A stretch of DNA of 64,000 bases from Camelus dromedarius (taxonomy: Eukaryota): contig NC_087462.1 of the NCBI RefSeq assembly GCF_036321535.1, forward strand, positions 10,974,001 through 11,038,000, in the 5' to 3' direction. The notes below the pieces were generated by a model. The model worked only from the letters and a program-made list of their open reading frames with translations, was not told where the DNA came from and did not search any database. Numbering within the stretch: the stretch's first letter is position 1; each line of letters opens with the position of its first letter. Shown piece by piece: positions 1 to 20,200 of the stretch. A program made the position numbers and the translations under genes.

Positions 1-1760
1 GGCTCAGGGCCAGACCTCGCCCGCCCCTTGCTGTTCTGAGTCTCTGCTCAGGGGTGGGGGAAGCTCCAGAGGGTGTAGGGGAGAGGCCTGGCCTCCTGCC
101 CTGTCCCCAGTGAGACCAGCCTCCTGCTGAGCTATGGCTGCAAATGCAGCCTCTCCCTCCCCTGTCCTGCCCACCCCGCCTTTGCTGTCTTCACCATTAC
201 TTCCCAGATGACATGATTCTGTCCCCAGAGCCTCCCACTGGGGAACAGCCTTCTCCCAAGAGTGTTATCCCTATCCCAGACTCAACCTAGGATTAGGTCT
301 TCCCCTCTGTTCCCCCACACGCCCCCCACCCTGGTTTGTAATGTTCCCAGGAGGGTCACGCCTCCTCCAGTCAACAGGGTTTGAGGAATCGCAATAGGTT
401 TAGGTCTGAGCCCCAAGCTAGGGGCATCTGCCTGGGTTGCCTGCTCTGGGCCCAGAACTTCCTGTCTGCACCCCACGGGCTGCACTAATGGAGGCCAGGG
501 CTTGGGCCCTGACCCTCTGCCCTTAGGCACAGTGGCTCCTGAGGGAGGCTCATGGCACCTGGCATATCCCTGGCTCCCCACCTGAGCGGTTACTTGGCTG
601 GGACATGGGACGGTTTGAGGCCCAATGGCGTTGTCTGGCTTCCCGTGAATGGAATACACAGAGGCAGCTGGCAGCCTCGATTCTCCCAAAGTGACAGCCG
701 CTGAGACAGCGCCTGGCCTGGGGGCAGGAAGCTCGAAGAGTCAGAGTGCCCCAAGGAGCTGGTCTCACAGAGGAGCCCCCTGGGGCCTGCTGGGGACTCC
801 GAGACACCTGGTTCCTAATGATGTTTAGAGTTTGATTTTGGAGGGGTTTGTTTTTAAATTTGACTGGCCCTGGGTCTAGACACAATAAACCTTGATCAGG
901 TCAGTCTGGGTCCAGGACCAGGGCTACCAGAGGGTCCATTTTCACAGTTGGCTTAGCAGCTATGATGTGTGAAAGGGTCCGAGACGGTGTGTTTGTAGCC
1001 ACACACGAATTTCCAATTGTGATTTTCATTTCCTCCCTTCATTCTGCCCCATTTCTGTTTTTCATGCCTTAGTCCTGTGGGCGTGAGGACCGCTCTTTCT
1101 GTGCTGCCTGCACTTTTCCACCAGCCAGCCCCATCTTTGTTCCCAGGGGCCTGGGCAGCCTGTGATGGCTGTCCTGTGGGGTGAGCGTTCAACCACCTCC
1201 TCCCAGCCTTGCCCAGTGCTCAGGGGAGGCAGAGGTGCCCTTCACAGAGAGATGGGATGGGGACTCGAGGGCATCCAGGCGAGAGCAGCAGTGATGGAGT
1301 CCACCCCAGGCGGGTGAGACCAAATGGATGGTTAAGCAGCGCCCCCTGTTGAACTGCAGGCTGGGCCGGAGCAGGGAGGGTCCCTCAGGATGACTGGCCC
1401 TGGCGTGCCTCCCCTAGGTGGCTCCCAGCCAAATGGGCCAGTGTAGCGCTGCCCCTCCCCCCAGCCCTGCACACAGCCGGGCAGGGGGCCCCCCAGTAGT
1501 CACACTGCTCTCCATTGGTTGCCTGTCCTGATTTGCAGTTACATTTTGATGCCATGAAGACACTTTGTTTATATATAATGTTTATATATTTTAAAGATTT
1601 GTGCCAAGAGAGTATATTTAATAAAAATTAAAATGACTTTTTCTCCTGCCCATGTCTCTTCTGCTCTTACCCTCACCCTCCCCAAACCAAAAACAGGTTT
1701 GAAGTTATTTTGGCAGATTTTTGAACAGAGGCTTCAATAAACCTTTTTTTTTTTTTAATG
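1..1760 (+). other. Probable 3' UTR/terminal exon of SLC25A42 (no coding sequence in window)
   Basis: No splice-compatible ORF. AATAAA at 884-889, 1620-1625 and 1736-1741, the last followed by a T/GT-rich tract. Identity is inferred only from mammalian synteny (SLC25A42 lies tail-to-tail with TMEM161A). Confidence 0.55.
1736..1741 (+). terminator. Polyadenylation signal (upstream gene, probably SLC25A42)
   Basis: AATAAA followed by poly-T and a GT-rich downstream element (ccttttttttttttttaatgtaactgttgtatgg). Confidence 0.6.
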
Positions 1761-2679
1761 TAACTGTTGTATGGATTGTTAAACCAGTTTATGATTTGCT
1801 ACAAAGTGCAAACTGCACAGTTTACTATGAAAAGTAGGTCTGCCTCCCAGTTCCCTTCACAGGGGCTGTTACCAGTTTCTCCTGTCTCCTGGAGAGATCC
1901 TGCGTACACACACTTGTCGCTTTGGATGTCATTCTGGATGGGCTGTGTCCTGCTTCAGTGAGCCCTGCCCAGAAGTCCTATGATTTCTCTCTTCTGAGCC
2001 CCTTGTCGGTGACCTGCTGGGGGCTCTGCTCCACAACTGGCTGAGGCTTCGGGCCTCAGTGTCACGTCCTACCCCAGGGTGGCTGGCCTGGATGAGGCCA
2101 CCAGAGAGCTCCCAGGGGCCACTGAGACTCGGTTCCTCTACAGCCCATTGTCCAGGACCACTTACAGGGGTCACCCAGCCAGAGGCGGACAATGGGAACC
2201 TCCCTGTGCTCGCGGGCAGGCAGGGCAGCCAGGTGAGCACTAGTGTCTGCGTGTGCGCATGCGTTTGGGGGGCTGTGTGTGTGTGCGCTCGCATGGTGGT
2301 ACGGGGTGCTGGGTGGCTCCACTGAGCTTCCCCCTTGCTGCTCTGCTCTGGTGCTTTCATCCAGTTTATTTCTTGCACATTGGTCCCTGACGTGTACAGG
2401 TCTCACTGTTTAGTGACAGTTTAGTGTTTTCCTGGAGGATGGCCTGTGATGAGATCCACCAATCCCTGATTGACAGGCAGCTCGGTTGTTAGTAAGTTGT
2501 TGCCATGACAACATGGTAGTGGCTCCTGGGGGCTGCTGAGCTCGCCCCCAACATCCACCCCGATTTCTGGTCAGCCCCACTTCTTGCACCAGCTCCTGAG
2601 CCTGGGGGGGGGGGTCAACACCTCCCCATTTCCCACCACCACTGTGGCATACCCTAATATGCAGAGGTGGGCACTTGAC

Positions 2680-3020
2680 CCCAGCTGGGCCTGTGACAAT
2701 AAAGATGTTTGCTAGCCTCTTCCAAGGAGAGCTATGGGATGCAAACATCCTCTCCCACTGGTCCCAGGGGAAGAAACCCCAACTCCAGGTGGTTGTTGGC
2801 ACTATCTTGTGGCTGCAAAGTAAGAACAAATCCCAGCACGAAGCTGCTCTACTGCAGAAAGTAGAGCAGAGATGAGCAGAGAAATTGGATTCTTGGTGAC
2901 ATTGTCAGGGCTGCTGGATTCAGCTTTACCTGAAGCTGAGCTGCCTCTCAACTTCCAGCAACATGTCACTTTATCCTCTATTTAAAACAGGGTTGAGTTT
3001 CCTGGCACTTTCAATAAATT
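2680..3020 (+). mobile_element. Old MLT1-type LTR fragment
   Basis: gagcagagatgagcagaga...ggattcagctttacctgaagc motifs typical of MLT1J/K. Confidence 0.5.
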
Positions 3021-3811
3021 TCCTTGTATGTGAAAATTTGGCATTTAGTTCATAAGCTAGTGTGCCTGTGGGGTAAGCTTCTAGGAACAAAATTGCTCAG
3101 TAAAGATCAAGGATATATTAATAGTGTAGCTTATGTTGCCAGTGCCAGTCCCAGCATTTATAGTTCCCACCAACTGCTCTTCCCTGGAAGCCACTTTGAC
3201 TCAGCCTGGGGGCTTCCCCACAGGAGCTAATGACTGTAGACAGCTGGAGGGTACGTGGTGCAGCCCCTTGCCACTGGGGTGGAACGACTCTCAGGCCGTG
3301 TGCTATGCTTGTGCCCCTCAGGTCTCCAGCAGGACCCAGTCTAGATTGCCTAGAGTCACCTGCTCATTGACGCCCCCTGCAGGGCTCCTTCCCTCCCTGT
3401 CTCACATCCTCACCCTCATCGCTGCTTCCTGGAGTCACCTCTCAGGTGAGCCAAGGGCCCTGAATCCTCAAGATAGGGTCATCTTTGGGGGGAATCTATC
3501 CAAAGAGAAATAGAAATGCCAGATACTCCTGCAAGGAGATGGTATCCATTTATATCACATGCCTTCGCTGTCCGAGTTTCCTGTGGCCACCGTGACAAAG
3601 TACCTGGGTGGCTTAAAACAACAGAAATGTATTTTTTCACAGTCCTGGAAGGCAGAGGTCTAAAATCTTCCTTCTGAGGCCACAAGGGAAGGATGTGTTC
3701 TAGGTCTGTCCTTGACTTCTAGCTAGAAGTCTGTCTTCTCTGTGTCTTCTCCTTGTCTTTCTTCTGTGCAGGTTCATGTCCAAATTTCCTCTTATAAAAG
3801 AAAATTTTAGT

Positions 3812-3965
3812 GGGGAGTTATAGCTCTGTGGTAGAGTGTGTACTTAGCATGCCTAGGTTCCTGGGTTCAATTCCACAGTACCTGCACTAAATTAATAAGT
3901 ACACAAACAAATCTAATTTCCTCCCCCTCCAAAAAAAAGATAAATAAAATAAATTTAAATTAAAA
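3812..3965 (+). mobile_element. Camelid tRNA-derived SINE (Vic-1-like)
   Basis: GGGGAGTTATAGCTCTGTGGTAGAG...GGTTCAATTCC head with A/B boxes, followed by an A-rich tail. Confidence 0.85.
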
Positions 3966-3973
3966 AAATTTTA

Positions 3974-4098
3974 TAGTAACCTATAATGAAAGAGAATATG
4001 AAAACGAATATATGTATGTATATGTATGACTGAAACATTATGCTGTACACCAGAAATTGATACAACATTGTAAACTGACTAGACTTCAATAAAAAAAG
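3974..4098 (+). mobile_element. L1 extreme 3' end fragment
   Basis: gtaacctataatgaaagagaatatg...gctgtacaccagaaattg...cttcaataaaaaaa, same motif as other L1 tails in this window. Confidence 0.8.
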
Positions 4099-4105
4099 AA
4101 TGTCA

Positions 4106-4330
4106 GGGGGAGTTTATAGCTCAGTGTAGAGCACCTGCTTAGCATGCAAGAGGTCCTGGGTTCAATCCTTAGTACCTCCATTAAAAAAATAACAACAACA
4201 ACAACAACAACAATAATAATAATAAAATAATAAATAAATCTAATTACCTCCTACCCAAAAAAGAATGCCCTCCCACAAAATAGTGGAAACCAGAAAAGAA
4301 GTTTGCATTAAAAACAAAAACAAAAAAATG
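4106..4330 (+). mobile_element. Camelid SINE with (AAC)n/(AAT)n tail
   Basis: ggggagtttatagctcagtgtagagcacctgcttagcatgcaagaggtcctgggttcaatcc...acctccattaaaaaa. Confidence 0.85.
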
Positions 4331-4735
4331 TTTTTTTCCTCTTCTAAGGACACCAGTCTTATTATAGGATCAGGGCCCAACCTAACGCCCTCATTTTAAC
4401 TTAATCGCATCTATAAAGACCCTACCTCCAAATAGTCACATTCTGAGGTCCTGGAGGTTTCGGACTTCAACACAGGAATTTGGGGGAGAACGCAATTCAG
4501 CCCATAAGCACCCATGGCTGGTCACCAGTCTTTTTGGTCTGCCATAATCTGACAGGGAAAAAATGGCATCTCATGACTTTACAGTGCTTTTTTACTTGTT
4601 TCTCCCCTGAGTCCATCTGGGAGATCTGTCCTCATAAGCGGCACTCAATCTTTTGTGTTCCTACCACCTACATAGTTTCTCCCAGGTGACCTACTCATTC
4701 CCAGGTCAGCTTTTTGCCCTCAGATGTAATGCAGT

Positions 4736-4890
4736 GAGGGTTGGGGTATAGCTCAGTGGTAGAGCGTGTGCTTGGCGTGCGCAAGGTCCTGGATTCAATC
4801 CCCAGTGCCTCCAGTAAGGGAAAAAAAATACAAAAATAAGTAAAACCCAAGAAAGTAAGAAAGAAAGAAAGAGAGAAAGGGAAAAAGGGA
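4736..4890 (+). mobile_element. Camelid SINE
   Basis: ggggtatagctcagtggtagagcgtgtgcttggcgtgcgcaaggtcctggattcaatccccagtgcctcca plus A-rich tail. Confidence 0.85.
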
Positions 4891-5451
4891 GGAGGGGAGG
4901 AAGGGAGAACTCAGTGCCTGCCGCCTTTGCACGATTCACCCATGGGCAGGAATCTCCCCAGGATGCGTCCCTAAGGAACCCGCTGGCCATGGGGTCACCA
5001 TTTCCAAATGCTGCCAAAACACACCCCAGCGAGACTGTGCAGCGCAGGCACTGACCAGCCACATGCAGAAGTCATGGGTGTGCGCCGCGCCATGTGGCGT
5101 CTCCTTGCTGCTTTGCGTTGCATCCTTCCATGATCTCTTGTAAGGCTGGGTGTCACTCCGTGATTGCTGGCCATTTATTCTTTCTTCCCCCTTCTCTTAG
5201 TCGTTCTGTCTGTTGCAGCCCCAAATACCAGGCCTGGTAGGAGAGGCAAGAAATGTCCTCAAAGAATATGAACAGGAATTTTGTGAGTGTGTTGTGTTGC
5301 GCCCTAGAGGACAGGAACTGGTGTGATATGGTGGGCCTTGTGCCCCTCTGGGAAGGGGCAAATCAGGGTTCCCAGACTTGAGTCTACCCTGAGAGACTTT
5401 CTCCACGATGGGCAATGCAGGTGGGTGATGCTACTCAGGCTCTTGCTGCAA

Positions 5452-5572
5452 AAAAAATTTTTTTTTTTGCAGAAAAATTTTAATATGAAGGGAGGCAGGT
5501 GGGAATCCTGGAGGGCAGCTGAACTCGTGCATGCTAAGCACGTGCCCTGCCACTTGAGGTATACCCTCCCCC
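5452..5572 (-). mobile_element. Degenerate camelid SINE
   Basis: Reverse-complement SINE head (gcatgctaagcacg...tataccctcccc) preceded by poly-T. Confidence 0.7.
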
Positions 5573-5823
5573 CAACAAAAGGATCTTGCCCACCCCCTTT
5601 CATCTTCCATATTTCCCTCTGATGGTGGCTGCACCTTATTTTTCTCATTCTTACATTCTTTTTTAAATTATGAAATGAGTCTATAAAGAGCCTATGTGGT
5701 TTAAAGCACGGCAGTGAGAGCCTGGGACCCATCACCGGTGATCCCTGCCTTGGCCATCCCATGTGTGCCCCTCCCCCATCGTGCCTACTATGCTGGTGTC
5801 AGTCACCCTCTTGCTTTTTTTCG

Positions 5824-5908
5824 TTTTTTTAATTGGAGGTACTGGGAGTTGAACCCAGGACCTCATGCATGCTAAGCATGCACTCTACCACTTAGCTATA
5901 CCCTCCAC
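5824..5908 (-). mobile_element. Camelid SINE
   Basis: ttttaattggaggtactgggagttgaacccaggacctcatgcatgctaagcatgcactctaccacttagctataccctcc. Confidence 0.85.
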
Positions 5909-5914
5909 CTTGCT

Positions 5915-6600
5915 TTGTTTTTAAATTGTAGTATAGTTGGTTTTCAATGCTTCAGGTGTACAGCAAAGTGATTCAGTTATACATGTTATCTAGATAGAGG
6001 TATATTCTTTTTCAGATTCTTTTCCATTCTAGGTTATTACAAGATATTGAATATAGTTCCTTGTGCTCTACAGTAGGTCATTGTTGTTTACCTATTTTAT
6101 ATATAGTGGTGTGTATCTGTTAATCCCAAATTCCTAATTTATCCCTTCCCCTCCTTTCCCCTTTGGTAACTATAAGTTTGTTTTCTATGTCTGTGAGTCT
6201 GTTGCTGTTTTGTGAATAAGTTCATTTGTATCATTTTTTTAGATTCCACATATAAGTGATATCATGTGGTATTTGCCTTTCTCTGTCTGACTGACTTCAC
6301 TTANNNNNNNNNNNNNNNNNNNNNNNNNNNNNNNNNNNNNNNNNNNNNNNNNNNNNNNNNNNNNNNNNNNNNNNNNNNNNNNNNNNNNNNNNNNNNNNNN
6401 NNNNNNNNNNNNNNNNNNNNNNNNNNNNNNNNNNNNNNNNNNNNNNNNNNNNNNNNNNNNNNNNNNNNNNNNNNNNNNNNNNNNNNNNNNNNNNNCTTTT
6501 CGAATTAGAGTTTTCGTCTTTTCTGGATACATACACCGGAGTGGGATTGCTGGATCATATGGTAACTCTATTTTTAGTTTTGTAAGGAATCCTCTTGCTT
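5915..6600 (-). mobile_element. L1 3' end (contains assembly gap 6304-6495)
   Basis: Reverse complement of the L1 3' UTR seen at 27733-28602 (gtgtacagcaaagtgattcag...ggattgctggatcatatggtaactctatttttag). Confidence 0.9.
6304..6495. other. Assembly gap
   Basis: Run of N. Confidence 1.
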
Positions 6601-7630
6601 TTCTTTATGGTGTTTCTACCTTCCTATGTGCCCCTAAATTACATGGTGTTGAGCTCAGAGAGCGGAGAACATGCACAGCCCTGGCTAAGCAAGCGAAGGG
6701 CCAGGTGGCCTGAGGCACCACTGCAGGAGGGGCTGTGCCCTGTGGGGTCAGCACTGTCAGAAAGTCCCTGGTGACTCCTGAGGTGCTGGGGAGATAGAGC
6801 AAGGAGACAACACACCATCATCTCTGGTTCCTGAGCCACTAGATGTCACTGTTGTGTCCTTGTTGGGAGCTGGTCTTCATTCTGAAACTTCCCAGAGGTG
6901 TGCCTTGGGATGGGGCTTTTGTCACCCAGCCTCAGGCACCTGGAAACTTCTGGTCCCAGGAATTCCCTTATTTGGCATCCCTGGACCAGGCGGTCAGTTG
7001 TGGCCCTCTCCCCCTTAATTCCTTACTTCCAGAATGTTCTGCAGCCTCTGTACTTGTACTAGGGTTTTGGACTGGATGCAGCCTGATTCATGAATCATTG
7101 AATAAGCCAGTAAGACCTTTAAAATTTACTCAGTTGAATTTTGTTAAACATGTACAGGAGGCTACACACATGTGCACACACACCAGTTTCCCACAGCTGC
7201 AGGAAAATGCTGGAGTCAGTAATGACCCCTTATCCTCCCTCCCCTGGGTCACCATGGCCTCAACAGTGTGCCCATTTGCTGTGTGTGACCTTGATATGAA
7301 AGCAGTCCCCCTTGACCTGTGGCAGAGAGTGGCAGCCACGGTGGCCCCCTGCCCAGCACCATGGGCTCAACGCCTCCCTCTCCCCTCATTTCTCTTAGTT
7401 CTTGCCATTGGTACATTTCATCTCTTCTCCTTTCCTTCTCTCACTTCTTTCTCCCAGGCCTTTGCTTAGGGTCACCCTATGCTCTCCCTCCATTGTTCCC
7501 TTCACTCAGCACTGAAGCCCCCGATGACCTCCCATGGCCCCCACCCATTCTGCACCCTTGTGGCGGGACAGCATGCAGGAAGCTGCCTCCCATACCACTT
7601 GGATCCAGTTTGTAAAAAGCGGCTTGCTCC

Positions 7631-7636
7631 TTTATT
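7631..7636 (-). terminator. TMEM161A: TMEM161A polyA signal
   Basis: tttatt on + (AATAAA on -), about 300 nt after the stop codon. Confidence 0.75.
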
Positions 7637-7935
7637 TGTTCGGAAGAGTCTCCTACCCCCACCCCCCATTCCTGCACTGCAGTCTAACGGGCACGTGCAA
7701 TCTAGGAACGATGGCTGGCCCTGGGACCTCTGCGGCTGGGCCTGGGGAGTCAGTTTCTCGAGGCAGAAGCTCGGTGTCCAAGGAGGGCCACGGCTCAGGC
7801 ACTGTGGTGAAGGAGACGGGCCAGCCGGTGCAGCAGAGACTCCCAGGACCGCCTTGCACCTGGGGACACTGAGGGGTGGCCTGCTCCCGCTGGTCCAGGA
7901 CCAGACCTTGGGGCCGCAGGAGTGTCTGCAGGTAG

Positions 7936-18204
<10,269 letters not shown>

Positions 18205-18480
18205 GTTGCTGGAGGGAGCGCTGTGCCCGGACCCAGGGGCATGGAGCGAGGAGCACCTCGCGGAACTAGACCAATCAGAACCCGACTTTGGTCTGACAAG
18301 CAGCCGGTCCAACCAATCATCAGGATTGGACCCGGGGCAAATCACGAGGCACAAGGAGCTGCTCACGTTGCATGCCGGAAGTTGTAGTTCGAAGACTCTT
18401 GACGAGCTCAGTCCGCGGTTGAGGCGGGACCGTCTCTGGGACTCCTGTGTGGCCACTGTCTCTGAGATTGTCTCCTCTCC
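18205..18480 (-). promoter_or_regulatory. TMEM161A: TMEM161A CpG-rich promoter/5' UTR
   Basis: CpG-rich. CCAAT boxes near 18271, 18313 and 18325. ZNF143/SBS-like ACTACAACTTCCGGCATGC (18370-18388, - strand) overlapping an ETS CCGGAAGT core. Confidence 0.8.
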
Positions 18481-19739
18481 TGCGCCTATTTCGCAGGTCT
18501 GCGGTGAACACACTAATTCATCCACTCACTGTCTCCCGCTGGAGAGGTCTGAGCGTGGAACTCCCCTGATAAATAACTTTCGGTGGCTCCTACTGACTAG
18601 ACTTTCAGTTGCTCAGACTGAATTCAGACCCCTTTGCCTAATTTCAGTCTGTCTCCAACACTGTTGTACGCAGTATAGTACAGCTAGCCACCGACCATGG
18701 TTTCTAATATCTCCAGGCCTCTGTAACGCCATCTTACATCTTGGAATGCCCCCTTTCCCCCTCCTTCTCTCTCTCTCTCTCTTTCTTTTTCACCTGGCAA
18801 AAGTCTTATTCATCTCTATCAGCCAGAACTCTGGTTGCAAGACCCCCCCCCCAAAAAAAAGTCCAACTCAAATAGGCACCAGCAGTAAAGGGAAATTTTT
18901 GGCTCATGTAACAGGAAACTGTAAAATCAGTATCAGCTTCAGGCATGGCTGGATCAAGGACAAAAATGTCAACCTCAGGAATCTGATGTTTTCTGTCTTA
19001 AGGCTTAGAGGAAAGGGCTTCAAACCTAAGTTTTGCCAGCTATGTTTCTATGGATAATTACGTTTGCTTGATTGTGGACGTATCATGTGGATGCGACTAA
19101 AAGTCTGAGAGTCTTTATGGGGCCTGTGAGTGGATCCTGTATAGTTGACTGCCTTGTCTCTGTGGATGTTTTTTTCTTTGTTTATGAGCACATGTAGATG
19201 TCTGTTTGCAAGGGATTCACTATTTGTTGACTTTGGTCCTGTGGATTCAGTGTGTCCACTTGAGAGACCGTGGGTCATGAAGGCAGTGAGGATCACTGAG
19301 ATTTCCCAGGACCTACGCGGCAGTCATGAGATGCCCCTCAGGGCGGTAGCATCCAGATAGGATCCAGGAAAACTGGGATTTGTCAGAGAAGAGGGACCAA
19401 GAAAAGGCGGGGGGGGGGGGGGCGTTTGCTGCAGGCCCACTGCATGCCAGGATGGGGGTGCTAATCAAAGTGCTCCCTTCAGCATATCAGGATGCTAGGA
19501 CAATTTTCACCATTAAATTGATAAAGATACTGAGGCTCTGAGTGGGCCAGATCTCTCCTTCACACCCAGACTTCTACCCTGGGCATAGGATTATGAGTAC
19601 AGGTGTCACAGCACCCGGGCCACAGGCAGCTCACACACATCCTGGCCCCAGGAGCTCGGCAACTTCCCTCTGCAGCCTCCTTACTGCAAAGAAGGCATCT
19701 CCGTCCTCCAGGTGCTTATCCCCAAACTCTGAAGTTGAC

Positions 19740-20200
19740 CTTGAATTCTCTCTCTCATTCCATAACTAATCTGTCAGCCCCTCCTGATGGCTCCATCTTC
19801 CAAGTATAACCGTTGTCTCATCCAACCTCACTCCCTTCACAGCCTCTACCCAGTTCAGCCTCCATCATCTCTTACCTGCAGTCCTCTTCTCCCTGGTCTT
19901 CTGTGGCTTCCATCCCCTCTTCCCCACCCCACCTCCCACAGTCTGTTTTCCCCTGAACAGCTTGAGGGCAACTGTTAACACTTAAGCCAGACCATGTCCC
20001 TCCTCTGCTCCCACCATCCATGGCTCCCACCTCATACAGAGCAAATGCCAAAGTCTCCTCCTGGTCCATGTACTCCATCTTTCATTGTTTGCTCAACATC
20101 TCTGTTCTACATTGACTGTTCCTCACTCCCTGTTCTACGTTGCACGTGCTATGTTGTCTGTTCTCCACTGGCCATTCTTCACTGTCTAGTCTCCCTTGGG
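19740..20200 (-). mobile_element. L2 LINE relic
   Basis: Pyrimidine-rich L2-like text (ctctctcattcc...aatctgtcagc...aaatgccaaagtctcc). Confidence 0.55.

Larger units (their letters stand above)
3569..4510 (+). mobile_element. MLT1 (MaLR) solo LTR interrupted by a SINE-L1-SINE nest
   Basis: Typical MLT1 start (tgtccgagtttcctgtggccaccgtgacaaagtacc...ggcttaaaacaacagaaat) and end (aaggacaccagtc...gcaattcagcccataa). Confidence 0.75.

Noticed and set aside
3812-4815. tRNA-Ala-like sequences (GGGG..TAGCTCAGTGGTAGAG...GGTTCAATCC)
   Set aside because: These are SINE heads: several diverged copies, each followed by a non-tRNA body and A-rich tail, with an imperfect acceptor stem.
6239-6536. ORFs spanning N runs (also 50254-50984)
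   Set aside because: Artefacts of assembly gaps.
6568-6577. Perfect MEF2 site CTATTTTTAG
   Set aside because: Part of the L1 3' consensus and far from MEF2B; no independent support.
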